DNA of 64,000 bases, taken from a virus. Positions 39,188 through 50,756 of this stretch are shown one piece after another. The position numbers were made by a program, and so were the translations under genes. Positions within the stretch are counted from its first letter, which is position 1. The number at the start of each line of letters is the position of its first letter. The notes under the pieces were generated by a model. That model saw nothing but the letters and a program-made list of their open reading frames with translations. It was not told the DNA's origin and did no database searches. Location: the IMG/VR virus record IMGVR_UViG_3300001460_000016, positions 1-64,000 of that record; one strand, given 5' to 3'.

Positions 39188-40750
39188 CTACTCCTGATTG
39201 TCTTGATCTGCATTAATATCTATGTCGCCACTTTTCTCTTCTGCTCGAATTTGTGTTTCCATATCTTTAATTTCTTCTTCGGTCTGACGAAGAACATTCT
39301 TGCGAACAAAATCTCTTGAATAGTAAGTACCAATAAACTCTTCCATTTGTTGTAGGATCTCAAGTCGTTCTTTCATCATTTCAGCATTTTTCAATTCTGT
39401 GAAGTAAGAATCACGGATATAATCGAAACGAATATCCTGTTCTAGAGCCCTCCACTCTTCTTCTCGCATAATACCCTTGAGAATAACTTGAGTCTTAAGA
39501 AGATTAATAAACAGTTGAGAGAAAGCAGAACGTAACTTGTCTACGAATTTGGAGAACTTAAGTTCATCTCTTGTGATCTCTGATGCTCTGCCCATATTAA
39601 AACCACTGTCCGGTTCAAGTCGAGTAACAGGAACATTGAGGGCTCTGTAGAGTTTCTTCTTGAAGTATTCTACATCTTCCATCTCGCCTAGATTCTGACC
39701 ACCGTCCAATGTACTTATCTCGGTTCCTCTACCACCTTCTCGTCGAGGCAACCAGAAGTCTTCAAGCATTGTCATGTGCTTCTTGTCATCTTTGAGTTCA
39801 CCTGTAGACGCATCATAAACTAATTTGTTTCTATACTTGTTCATAATCTCTCGAAGATACTGTTCTGCTTTGGTCTTCGGTAATGAACCAACGTCAATAT
39901 AAAAGATTCTTCGTTCGGGAGCTCTAGAGATACGGTAGATTACTACAGCATCTTCGATCATCCTAAGTTGGTTGAGTGGTTTGATTGCCTTCTGAAGATA
40001 ACCAGTTACTCGTTTGTTTTCGAAGTCATACATTCCAGATGGAACATAACATATTGCTTCCTTTGCAATCTTAATACCATCAATACCTTGGTTATTTACC
40101 ACAGACATACCGCCGCCACCGTAACGATCCATGTATGCTTTATCATAATAAATGTAAAAGTCCTCGACTTTAGTTACGATAGGAACCTGCGTCGATGGGT
40201 CTTTTACCTTATCAATTTTCTTAATCTTTTTAATCTTTACCGCATCAACTGCACGAAGTTCCTTGATACCCTTTTTGGTAGCAGCAGGATCTACGATGAT
40301 GTGATAATACAATCGACCATCGATATACCATCGCCTGAAGATTTCATAACCCTTGTTTGCAAAATTCAGTAACCGAAGAACCGTATTAAACTCTTCGGTC
40401 ACTTTATCCTTGATTGTATCTGTTAGATTAGACTGATCAAGTCTAAGTTTTACGGCGGGATAATCCAACTCATAAACGATAGCTTCGTTTAGAATATCTT
40501 CCATTGCCATTTCAATTTCAGCATGAGCTGTCATTGAACGATACTTAATTATCATCTCAGCATCATTACGAACTGCACCATCTAGATCTAGATACTGTCC
40601 GTAATGTCCACCGCCACCAACAACAGTAGACCCATCATCGACCTCTGGTGGGACAAATGATGGGTTTACTAGTGTACCATCGGGTTGGATGATGGAACTA
40701 TCTAAATCTTTATTGTTTTTCCCGAATGAGAAACCAAATAGGTTCGGCAT
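39188..40750 (-). CDS. 20: Portal vertex protein gp20
   Basis: FRRWYIDGR, AIKP.NQLRMIEDA.VIYR.SRAPERRIFYIDVG, EDFWLPRREGGRGTEI and ITRDELKF.KF. Confidence 0.99.
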   Translation of the reverse strand: MPNLFGFSFGKNNKDLDSSIIQPDGTLVNPSFVPPEVDDGSTVVGGGGHYGQYLDLDGAVRNDAEMIIKYRSMTAHAEIEMAMEDILNEAIVYELDYPAVKLRLDQSNLTDTIKDKVTEEFNTVLRLLNFANKGYEIFRRWYIDGRLYYHIIVDPAATKKGIKELRAVDAVKIKKIKKIDKVKDPSTQVPIVTKVEDFYIYYDKAYMDRYGGGGMSVVNNQGIDGIKIAKEAICYVPSGMYDFENKRVTGYLQKAIKPLNQLRMIEDAVVIYRISRAPERRIFYIDVGSLPKTKAEQYLREIMNKYRNKLVYDASTGELKDDKKHMTMLEDFWLPRREGGRGTEISTLDGGQNLGEMEDVEYFKKKLYRALNVPVTRLEPDSGFNMGRASEITRDELKFSKFVDKLRSAFSQLFINLLKTQVILKGIMREEEWRALEQDIRFDYIRDSYFTELKNAEMMKERLEILQQMEEFIGTYYSRDFVRKNVLRQTEEEIKDMETQIRAEEKSGDIDINADQDNQE

Positions 40751-40775
40751 ATCACTTCCTTCATGTTAAAATATA

Positions 40776-41363
40776 TCAAAGACCGGCGTTGTTGACATCA
40801 ATGTTGGGACCATCAGTAAACGGTTGATGTGTCCAGTACTGGTACTGCCAAGTAACGGAGAACTCTGATAAGGCACCTTCTGCATCATTGGAGAGATCGA
40901 TTGCACTGATGTCTGATGGCCAACAGTCTTGGAGTACCCAAGGTTGTCCGATGATTTCTCCTGCCATATTCAGTTGACGAATTTCAACAATACCAAACAG
41001 TGTGCTTGGATCTTGTTGACCTACGTTTGAAGCAAACCCCTTCATGGAGTTTGCCCATTGTTCAAAGAATCCACGAATCTGCATCTCTTGATCGTTATAA
41101 ACGGTCATTGTCCATGGTTCGAATGTTCTCTCACCAATTGTCTTGAATCGGGTTCCACGGAATGGAACTTCGATTGGTGCAATAGTAGAGGCTGGGATTT
41201 GACCAGCTCTCACAAGAACAGAAAGGTTCTGTCCGTTGTCACCGAACGGCAGGGCAGGAACATTAATTCCTGAAGCCGTTCTGTTAACGGTGATTTGGAA
41301 GAGATTACTTCTTACACCACCCTTAAGAACTTGTTTAATCTGATCGACTTTTAATGAGGGCAT
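40776..41363 (-). CDS. 19: Tail tube protein gp19
   Basis: GG.RSNLF, A.QIPAS....EVPFRG...K..G.RTF.PWT.TV.ND and WPS.I.AIDL. Confidence 0.95.
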   Translation of the reverse strand: MPSLKVDQIKQVLKGGVRSNLFQITVNRTASGINVPALPFGDNGQNLSVLVRAGQIPASTIAPIEVPFRGTRFKTIGERTFEPWTMTVYNDQEMQIRGFFEQWANSMKGFASNVGQQDPSTLFGIVEIRQLNMAGEIIGQPWVLQDCWPSDISAIDLSNDAEGALSEFSVTWQYQYWTHQPFTDGPNIDVNNAGL

Positions 41364-41389
41364 TTGGGACTCCTAGTTTCTTTCTACTC

Positions 41390-41397
41390 TATTTATA
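41390..41397 (-). promoter_or_regulatory. Late promoter TATAAATA (gp19)
   Basis: Exact consensus, intergenic. Confidence 0.8.
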
Positions 41398-41411
41398 CGA
41401 GATTTTTAAAA

Positions 41412-43241
41412 TCAAGCACCAATTTCTTCAAAGTCTACACCAGTTGGGGTAGCGATAAAGCTCAGAGTAATAAAGTTGATGGAACGAGCTGGTTTGATGT
41501 AGATGTCTGCAACAAATTCGTTTCTATCAATCACGACTGGTGTGTTGTTTGATTCGTCACAAACAACCTTGAAGTCAAAGATACCTCTTCTTGCTTGAAC
41601 GTCTCTGAGGAATGGTTCGACCAAGTTACGGAAGGACGCTCTTGTAAACTCATCGTTGAATTCAAAGAGTGAGAACTTCGCAGCAGTGGCGATTGATTTC
41701 TCAAGAACATTGAACAGACGACGAACATTGATTCGGTCGAATGCACTTGGTTTCGCAAGCATGGTCTTATCACCAAAGAGGACTACACCTTCTGATTCGA
41801 AGGCAACGACTGGGTTTACTCCCTTGACGTAGAGAGCATCGCGGTCAACCTTGTTGGGACTGTATGCAAGTTTAATTACGTTTCTTAGTCTACCACGGTT
41901 AAAACCGGCAGGGGAGAACCAAGGTTCTGAATCCTGATCAGATGCAACCATGAGACCGGCGATGTCACCGTTTAGTGGGACATATCGGTATACATCGTTG
42001 TATGGATCGTAAACTAGTTTCCATCCACTGTCCATGACAGCGAAGGAAGACTTAGTTGTGACGGCAGCTGCATCGGCGAGAATCGCAGTTGCTTGTCCAG
42101 AACTCTTCTCAACAACCGCATCGGAATCTGGTGATAGAGTTACGATACAATCCTTTCGGTTTTCTGCAATAGCAACGAGACTGTTCTTTAGTGCGGTATC
42201 AGCTGGGCCGGAGATAAGGAAGGATACGTCTCTTTCTTCTGCGTTATTGAAGATAGCGTCGTACTGAAGAGTAATTTCACTCGTAACACCGATCTCACCA
42301 CCAGTGGCAGTACCACCTGCGAACTGTTTACCGTTACGGAGTTCACGACTGGCCGTTGCACCGGCTGCGGCACCGGTGGCCGGATCGAAGAACGCACCGA
42401 ACGAATTACCGGAGTTACCATTGTAAACTTCGCCAATTGTTTGGTTTAGACCAGTTGGTGTAGTTTGTTCAACTGCCTTTGTAACTACGATATATTCCGA
42501 AAGATTGTTGATTCGGTTGCGATAGTAGTTCGTGGATCCGTCTGGAAGTTTGGCGTCTGTTGCTTTAGAAACAGCTTCATAAATTTCTAGTGGAGTATTC
42601 TTTGTTCCAGTAAGTTTACCGTCGGCATCAAAGACCAGAACGTGAATTTCGTCATTGAAACCGGTTGCAATTCCAGTGGCGTTCTGTGCAGCCTGTGATG
42701 TGTCTGGTGTTTCTCGGAAGTAAGATGCCCATGTTCCGGTAGCTCCCACAATACCCCATCCTGCAAATGTACCACCGTCCGCACCACCGGTTGCTGTTGC
42801 GGCACTATCCCAAACGGCAACACCGATTGAGTTACCGAGTTTACCGGGATATCTTGCAACGAATGTTCCGGAATTATAGTCTGAACTTTGTATAGCACCA
42901 GTTGTCGATGCAAGTTTATCTGTGAGTGGGAAACATCCAGATACACCAGATGAAACACCATGACCGGCATTTAGTGATCCAGCTGGTTCTGCACGAACGA
43001 CTTGGAGGTTACTTCCGTAACGAAGGAAACTCGCGGCGGTCCACCAGTGTGCAGCGTTTGCATCATTTGGTTCGCCGTAGAGTTCTCTCAGTTCGTTCTC
43101 AGAAGAAACAGTGGCCACTTCATTTGCAGGCCCCCATGAGAATAATCCAACGAAACCTGCTGGTGTCGTGGCAATAGTAGGGACGATTGTGGTCAGATCT
43201 AATTCTTTTACTTGTACGCCGGGACTTACTTGAAAGGCCAT
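41412..43241 (-). CDS. 18: Tail sheath protein gp18
   Basis: FQVSPGV.VKE.DLT, PWFSPAG.NRG, SAFDRINVRRLF, FEFND.FTR and YIKPARSINFI.L.F. Confidence 0.98.
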   Translation of the reverse strand: MAFQVSPGVQVKELDLTTIVPTIATTPAGFVGLFSWGPANEVATVSSENELRELYGEPNDANAAHWWTAASFLRYGSNLQVVRAEPAGSLNAGHGVSSGVSGCFPLTDKLASTTGAIQSSDYNSGTFVARYPGKLGNSIGVAVWDSAATATGGADGGTFAGWGIVGATGTWASYFRETPDTSQAAQNATGIATGFNDEIHVLVFDADGKLTGTKNTPLEIYEAVSKATDAKLPDGSTNYYRNRINNLSEYIVVTKAVEQTTPTGLNQTIGEVYNGNSGNSFGAFFDPATGAAAGATASRELRNGKQFAGGTATGGEIGVTSEITLQYDAIFNNAEERDVSFLISGPADTALKNSLVAIAENRKDCIVTLSPDSDAVVEKSSGQATAILADAAAVTTKSSFAVMDSGWKLVYDPYNDVYRYVPLNGDIAGLMVASDQDSEPWFSPAGFNRGRLRNVIKLAYSPNKVDRDALYVKGVNPVVAFESEGVVLFGDKTMLAKPSAFDRINVRRLFNVLEKSIATAAKFSLFEFNDEFTRASFRNLVEPFLRDVQARRGIFDFKVVCDESNNTPVVIDRNEFVADIYIKPARSINFITLSFIATPTGVDFEEIGA

Positions 43242-43280
43242 TGTGCTCTCCTTTGTGAGAATATCTCAATATAGTCATGA

Positions 43281-43288
43281 TATTTAGT
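43281..43288 (-). promoter_or_regulatory. Late promoter ACTAAATA (gp18)
   Basis: Intergenic, upstream of an AAGGAG SD. Confidence 0.7.
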
Positions 43289-43300
43289 AAAATCAGTTTT

Positions 43301-45355
<2,055 letters not shown>

Positions 45356-45359
<4 letters not shown>

Positions 45360-46261
45360 ACAGTTTCTCCTCCTCCATCTATCACATCACCAGTTCCAGA
45401 TCCAACCGGGTTATTAAACTGGTATTCCGTTTGTGTAAACGTATAAGGTGGTATGGCAGATGGATCCGTTTGAGAACCATCAATAAAGATTCCAGTACCA
45501 CCTGATATTCCAATATCAATTCTTGCCACCGCTCCAGTTGCTCCGCAGAGTCCTGCGACCTGTCCTGAAGTCAATCCATCCCCGAGATCAAACAAAGTAG
45601 ACTTTGTGTATATAATTGTTTTGTCTCTTCTGACTGGTCCATAAAGATAACTCTTTACATTAAATGTTAATGTCCAGTTCAGTAATCTTCTAGTTTCCAT
45701 TTCGCCGAGAAAATCATAATCTAGGTTTACGCCTTCTAGAACAATAGGCAAGTCAATCTTGGTATTGATGTCCGATGTTCCGCCCGCCGTCTGAAAAGTT
45801 ACGTTAAATTCTGGAGTGAAGTATGGAACAATCTGTTCTACAATCTGTAATCCATCTTCAAACGTAGACGCATAAACACCGAGTTCAAATCCCATGTTAT
45901 ATGGTACTTCGGCATACTGATATGATAATTGTCCTTGCGTATTTTCAATATCCTTTACCCGGCGGCGGTGAATAGTATTCCTCTTTCGACTCGCATCATA
46001 ATTCAAAGATGTCATATTAAAAGACATTCTAGGTAGAGTCATCTGAACATGAGCGTTTGGATACTCGTCGTCATTCAAACGACTATCTTCTTTGAGTCGT
46101 TGAATATATTTTTCCCTTGCAGCATAAGCGAGTGGGACTTGAATACTTACTCGTTCAGTACCATCGGCGTTTAACTTCTGTACCTTGATATTATCGAACA
46201 ACGTACCGAAAGCTACAACGGTATTTCTTATCGTCTCATGGTAGAAATGTGATTTAAACAT
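45356..46261 (-). CDS. 15: Tail sheath stabiliser / completion protein gp15
   Basis: FYHE.IR..VVAFGTLF, VPLAYA..EK, LPRMSF and QIVEQI.PYFTP. Confidence 0.95.
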
Positions 46262-46914
46262 CAGTAGTCACCCTCCGAAAATGGATCATTCTCCGAGAAG
46301 TCCAGAATAGAATCACCCTCAGTCTTGATGTTGGAGTTTGTACCATATCCATCCTGTGGGATAATATCTCCAGAGGCACCAGTGACGCCATCAATCGCAT
46401 CTTCTAGACCATCGATTGCAGACCAACCTGTATCCAGTTTTTCGTGTGAGTAACGGAAGAGTTCGCAGGATAATCTGTATGTGTAGAGTTTGCCTAACTG
46501 GTAGAATGGATTTTCGTGTTCTACAAATTTAATCTCAAAAATATATCGGGACATTGGGAAGTAAATCAAATCACCTTCCTGTGGGTGAATTTGCGTAGAA
46601 CCAGAACCAACAAAGTTGTCGCGGAAAACTCTTTTTGCAACCACAAGATCTACGGTATCTTGAATTTCAAAACCGAATTGTGTAATCTGATCTCCACCAC
46701 CGAACCCATCGATGGAATCGATATACATTTCCATTTGCATACCATCCGAGAAGATAGAGGCATTGTCTTCGCCAAAGATGGTGTCTTCTCTAACGAGTGT
46801 TCGTGGAAGGTATACCATATCTCGACCATACATTCGAATGGTTTCGACGGTGAGATCTTCTAGAACACTTGAAGAAGTGTGTGGTTTTTTATTGAAGAAC
46901 GGATTAGTTCCCAT
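46261..46914 (-). CDS. 14: Neck protein gp14
   Basis: NP.F, E.I...G.D..YLPR, P.EGDLIYFP, FEIKFVEHE.PFYQLG and DFSE.DPF. Confidence 0.95.
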   Translation of the reverse strand: MGTNPFFNKKPHTSSSVLEDLTVETIRMYGRDMVYLPRTLVREDTIFGEDNASIFSDGMQMEMYIDSIDGFGGGDQITQFGFEIQDTVDLVVAKRVFRDNFVGSGSTQIHPQEGDLIYFPMSRYIFEIKFVEHENPFYQLGKLYTYRLSCELFRYSHEKLDTGWSAIDGLEDAIDGVTGASGDIIPQDGYGTNSNIKTEGDSILDFSENDPFSEGDY

Positions 46915-46917
46915 TTA

Positions 46918-47667
46918 TCATCCCGTCATAAAATCTGGTGGAAGTTCAAACTTGAGAGACATCTCATCTTCGAGTCTTCGAATTTCTTCTTGTGCATCCT
47001 GAAACATCTGTTGTCCGTTGAATTGCACGCCACCGGGCAACTGCATTCCCTCAAACTTCGAAAGATTAGAACCCCACTGTCTTTTGATGAGGGCAGCGGA
47101 ATATTCTTTCAAGAAACGATCATTGTAAAGTTCTTTGTAAGTCTCACCATCAACGGCAACATAACACTCAAACATGAGATAGTCACCTACCGTGACCTCT
47201 TCCGACCAGTCCATGTCGAGATATAATTTATTAGTTACTCGATTAAAACGAATCTTCTTTTCTGGTGTTAGGTAGTCTGAGATCATTTGCATGTGTCTCA
47301 TTGCTTGATCATAATATTGAATTGTACCACCGTTACGAAGACCATAGAAGTCATTGAATGCCATTTGGTATTTGACACCCATAAAGTTCCCTGCGGCTCC
47401 ACTTCCGAATTGAAAAGCACGAACAACGGAAACCACACTCGGATCTACCAGATCCATGTTCAAATAACCATTAGTTATATCATCTGCAACAATTTGATGT
47501 TTGAGATATCGAGTTTCCACTCCATCGAAGTGGTACTCCGTGAAGTGTTCGATAGCATCATCAATTCGATCTTCTACTTGTTGATCATCTACATTAATTT
47601 CAACGACTGGATAACCTAGCTTTCGCAAGCAGTATTCTTTGAGTTCTTCTCTTGATGTTACGCTCAT
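46918..47667 (-). CDS. 13: Neck protein gp13
   Basis: R.ELKEYCLR.LG.PV.EINVDD.Q and IKRQWG.NL.KF.G.QLPGGV..NG. Confidence 0.96.
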   Translation of the reverse strand: MSVTSREELKEYCLRKLGYPVVEINVDDQQVEDRIDDAIEHFTEYHFDGVETRYLKHQIVADDITNGYLNMDLVDPSVVSVVRAFQFGSGAAGNFMGVKYQMAFNDFYGLRNGGTIQYYDQAMRHMQMISDYLTPEKKIRFNRVTNKLYLDMDWSEEVTVGDYLMFECYVAVDGETYKELYNDRFLKEYSAALIKRQWGSNLSKFEGMQLPGGVQFNGQQMFQDAQEEIRRLEDEMSLKFELPPDFMTG

Positions 47668-47674
47668 CCATGCA

Positions 47675-47700
47675 CCTCCGTTATACTATGTATAAACGGA
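47675..47700 (-). promoter_or_regulatory. Late promoter variant TATACATA (47687-47694) inside a hairpin that overlaps the gp13 SD
   Basis: RNA UCCGUUUAUAC-AUA-GUAUAACGGA-GG; the 3' arm contains the GGA of GGAGG. Confidence 0.6.
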
Positions 47701-47703
47701 AGA

Positions 47704-47985
47704 CTAACCCGTTTGGACATTGAAAGAAGATTCTATTATACTATGACCACACAGAGCTTGACTACCTTGTTTGAGAATAGGACTTCCGTTTGCAAGAACT
47801 CTTGGATTTCCTGTTCCGATGAAGGTAGAAGTAATGGTACTTTGACCATGTTGGTGTGGGGTCAAGAAAGAATTACCTTCAGTAGCAATTGATTGACCGT
47901 TCACAAAAACATTGGTAGATCCGGGTTTTGGACCCACCTTTGCTTCTGAATTTGTACCGTCTCCTATTCTTGCGACTCCCGGCAT
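47704..47985 (-). CDS. PAAR-motif spike-tip protein (gp5.4-like, diverged)
   Basis: MPGVARIGD, GS.NVFVNG.., PH.H, V.ANG.P and CGH...SS.NV..G. Confidence 0.8.
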   Translation of the reverse strand: MPGVARIGDGTNSEAKVGPKPGSTNVFVNGQSIATEGNSFLTPHQHGQSTITSTFIGTGNPRVLANGSPILKQGSQALCGHSIIESSFNVQTG

Positions 47986-47988
47986 AGA

Positions 47989-50532
47989 TTATGGTCCCGT
48001 ATAGACTGGATATCCACCATCACCGGAACAGCCGAATGTTCCTGTGTAGTAGACCAAGTGATTCTTCTGTGATCCGGAAACAGTACCGAACCACTTCTTG
48101 TGAAGATCTTCCTGTGCATTGACAAAGATTGAGATCGAAGCATCAATACCACTAATAGGAGTAGTTGGTGGCGATCCGACAGAGGCCTGGGAGCTCGATC
48201 CGAACAAGTAACTGTACTGATAACCACCACCAAGTCCTGTCGCAGTCACTCCTGATGTACAACCATCGAACGTAGCACCTGATCTTCCGAGTGGGACATT
48301 CAAACCAAACCCATAGTAGAATGTATGTCCACCCGTTCCGTATATTTGAATATAACCTTCAGATGTATTGCCTATAATTCCCTCTGTAGTTAAACCTTGA
48401 GGGTTTACACCGCCCACACCCTGAGCGGTGGGTTGTCCACTACCAAATCCGGGCGATCCATCACTACCATATGTACCACCGTGGTGAGGAGGTGGTAGGA
48501 ATTCTGGACATGTTCCATCTGGACATGGAGCTGATTCGAATGTATATCCAAGTGAACCGGAACTATATGTTGCTCCGAACATTGCATAGAACCAAGAAGG
48601 TCCGTCAAGTCCGCCGGTGAAGTTACCCGTATATCCAAATGACGATGCGTCACTGGGGTTGGCTAGTAAATTAACCGAACCATCCCAGTATACGGCACAT
48701 GTTGCACCAATTTGTTGTTCTGCTTGTGGGTTAGACAATGGTCGTAACGAATCTAATTGTGAAGAAGAACTAGCAATAGAAATTGCAATTCTTGGAGCAG
48801 ATGCCTGTTCAGCATTCTGAGCTCTAACTGTGATTGCACCATCAGTGTCAACTGACGTATCTAACGGATGAAGTCCCTTATGACCAACAAAGAAAAGATC
48901 AGAACCACTAGATCCAAATCTACCTTCTGCTGAAGCACCAGAAAGTCCCTGTGTGTACCACAGGTACGGGGGAAGACCAGTTGGAATAGTTTCCATATCT
49001 TGCGTGAGTGATGCAATTCCTAGGTAAGCAGAAGGTGTAAACGGAGATCCAACCCCAGTGCTTTCTCCCTCGGGGGCTAGTTCAAATCCATTCAGTCCAA
49101 ACATATCAGAAGAACCTTGACTGGTACTAGCATTGGTATGTGTAATAATAATATCATCACCCAATAATCCCTGATCGGTTATACCAACGTCTTTCAGTGG
49201 ATCTATCACCGAACCAACACTGAACCAAGCAGCAGGAATAATTTCACTAGCAAGATAATACCAACCGGGAGATAGAGTAAATCCTGATCCTAATCCCAAT
49301 TCACCATTTGACTCGGGGTAAAGTGCAACTGGTCCAGTTCTGCCCGGAGTTACCTCTCTAACATAATCACCAGTCCATGATCCATATGAAATACCATCAA
49401 CATCAAAATTCGAATCAGTCACCGAGATAGCAACTCCGCCTGAGTTTAATGCAGATCCCTGTGGTCTGAATAAGTATGCACATGTTGATCCATCAACGAA
49501 TCCATCAAAGTTTGTGGATTCACTGGATGGAGTTCCCACTGGAAAACTCTGCATTGGAATCATACCAAACCAACCGTAGGTTCCCCTTCTCTTCGAAAGG
49601 TTACCCGCAGTTGCGGTTGCCCCTCCAGTATAACCAGAAATGTACATGAGATACTTATCTACTGTGCAATAATTAGCAACATAGATTGGTTGAAGTTTTG
49701 TTGTTGGGAAATACTTCATACGGTTCCAGTAGAATCCGGGAGGTCCGTCTAGTGTTTCTCCAGTACAAGAACCAGTTGTGAAGTAATTGGATTCAAATGG
49801 TCTTGTAGATTCTAAGAAGTTTAGTACTTTTATACCAGCTGTCAACCCGTCGTCATAACCCTGTGTATATCCATCCATCTGTAGGGCAACTGAGTATAAT
49901 CCCTTGGCACCCTCCTGAGAGACGCCGGGCCCTGTGTGAACCTCTGAGAGATAATAGTTAGTTGACCAACGAGGATATAAGTCTCTAGCGAGATTATCTT
50001 GAGAAATACCAATACCGAAAATTAAGTCTCCGGTTCCTGCTTCAAATCCACCAATTTGACCGGGATGCGATCTCGAAAGACTGGTAATGTCAGACCATTC
50101 TGTATCTCGATCAGTGTTTGAGGCTTTGATTAGTGCATAACCAACATTTCCGCCGGTTGGAACTCCTTCACCCGCTGGACCTGAAGCTCCTGTATGACCA
50201 GTTGATCCTGCTGGACCTACCGCTCCGGTTGTTCCAGTTGGACCCATAACATAACCAGCACTTATACCTAGACCACTATCAAGAGTAAGAACGAGATATC
50301 CATCTATTAGAGCTGCACCGGCAACAGCATCTCCGGTAGGACCGACTGCGGATCCGGCATCAAATATACTACCGTCGATTAATGTAATAATTAAATTATC
50401 ACCAGAAAGACCAGCAGCTGAAACACCCTGTCCAGAGACAGAGTTTAGTTGTGCAATAATATCATTGGTCTTCGTGAACCAACCATAAAAGGTTTCGGTG
50501 ATCCCTAAGTTAGATAGTGTGTATCCGGGCAT
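47989..50532 (-). CDS. Gly/Thr/Ser-rich fibre-like virion protein with a short collagen tract
   Basis: N-terminal L...ETF..W...TN.II..LN, GPTGTTGAVGPAGSTGHTGASGPAG and GVPTGG..GYAL.K.S.TD.DTEW fibre motif; position in the tail/neck region. Confidence 0.65.
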   Translation of the reverse strand: MPGYTLSNLGITETFYGWFTKTNDIIAQLNSVSGQGVSAAGLSGDNLIITLIDGSIFDAGSAVGPTGDAVAGAALIDGYLVLTLDSGLGISAGYVMGPTGTTGAVGPAGSTGHTGASGPAGEGVPTGGNVGYALIKASNTDRDTEWSDITSLSRSHPGQIGGFEAGTGDLIFGIGISQDNLARDLYPRWSTNYYLSEVHTGPGVSQEGAKGLYSVALQMDGYTQGYDDGLTAGIKVLNFLESTRPFESNYFTTGSCTGETLDGPPGFYWNRMKYFPTTKLQPIYVANYCTVDKYLMYISGYTGGATATAGNLSKRRGTYGWFGMIPMQSFPVGTPSSESTNFDGFVDGSTCAYLFRPQGSALNSGGVAISVTDSNFDVDGISYGSWTGDYVREVTPGRTGPVALYPESNGELGLGSGFTLSPGWYYLASEIIPAAWFSVGSVIDPLKDVGITDQGLLGDDIIITHTNASTSQGSSDMFGLNGFELAPEGESTGVGSPFTPSAYLGIASLTQDMETIPTGLPPYLWYTQGLSGASAEGRFGSSGSDLFFVGHKGLHPLDTSVDTDGAITVRAQNAEQASAPRIAISIASSSSQLDSLRPLSNPQAEQQIGATCAVYWDGSVNLLANPSDASSFGYTGNFTGGLDGPSWFYAMFGATYSSGSLGYTFESAPCPDGTCPEFLPPPHHGGTYGSDGSPGFGSGQPTAQGVGGVNPQGLTTEGIIGNTSEGYIQIYGTGGHTFYYGFGLNVPLGRSGATFDGCTSGVTATGLGGGYQYSYLFGSSSQASVGSPPTTPISGIDASISIFVNAQEDLHKKWFGTVSGSQKNHLVYYTGTFGCSGDGGYPVYTGP

Positions 50533-50756
50533 TAATTATTTCCTCTAGTCAGTAATGTCTGTAACATGGATTTGATTTCACTCATTTCATGTTGCAAAGA
50601 ATTTTGTTGCTCTTGTAGTTTTGTAATCTGATCTTTATCTTCACTTTTTTGCTTGTAAGCAAGAAGCGCTTCTTTATTTTGAGAAAGAACTGCGCCAGAT
50701 TTTAGATCTCTGACCAAATCTTTTCTACCTTCAATATTTAGGAATCCTGAACTCAT
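50532..50756 (-). CDS. Small coiled-coil protein following the VrlC-like gene
   Basis: IEG..DLVRD..SGAVL...EMSEIKSMLQ.LL pattern seen at this position in marine T4-like phages. Confidence 0.7.
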   Translation of the reverse strand: MSSGFLNIEGRKDLVRDLKSGAVLSQNKEALLAYKQKSEDKDQITKLQEQQNSLQHEMSEIKSMLQTLLTRGNN

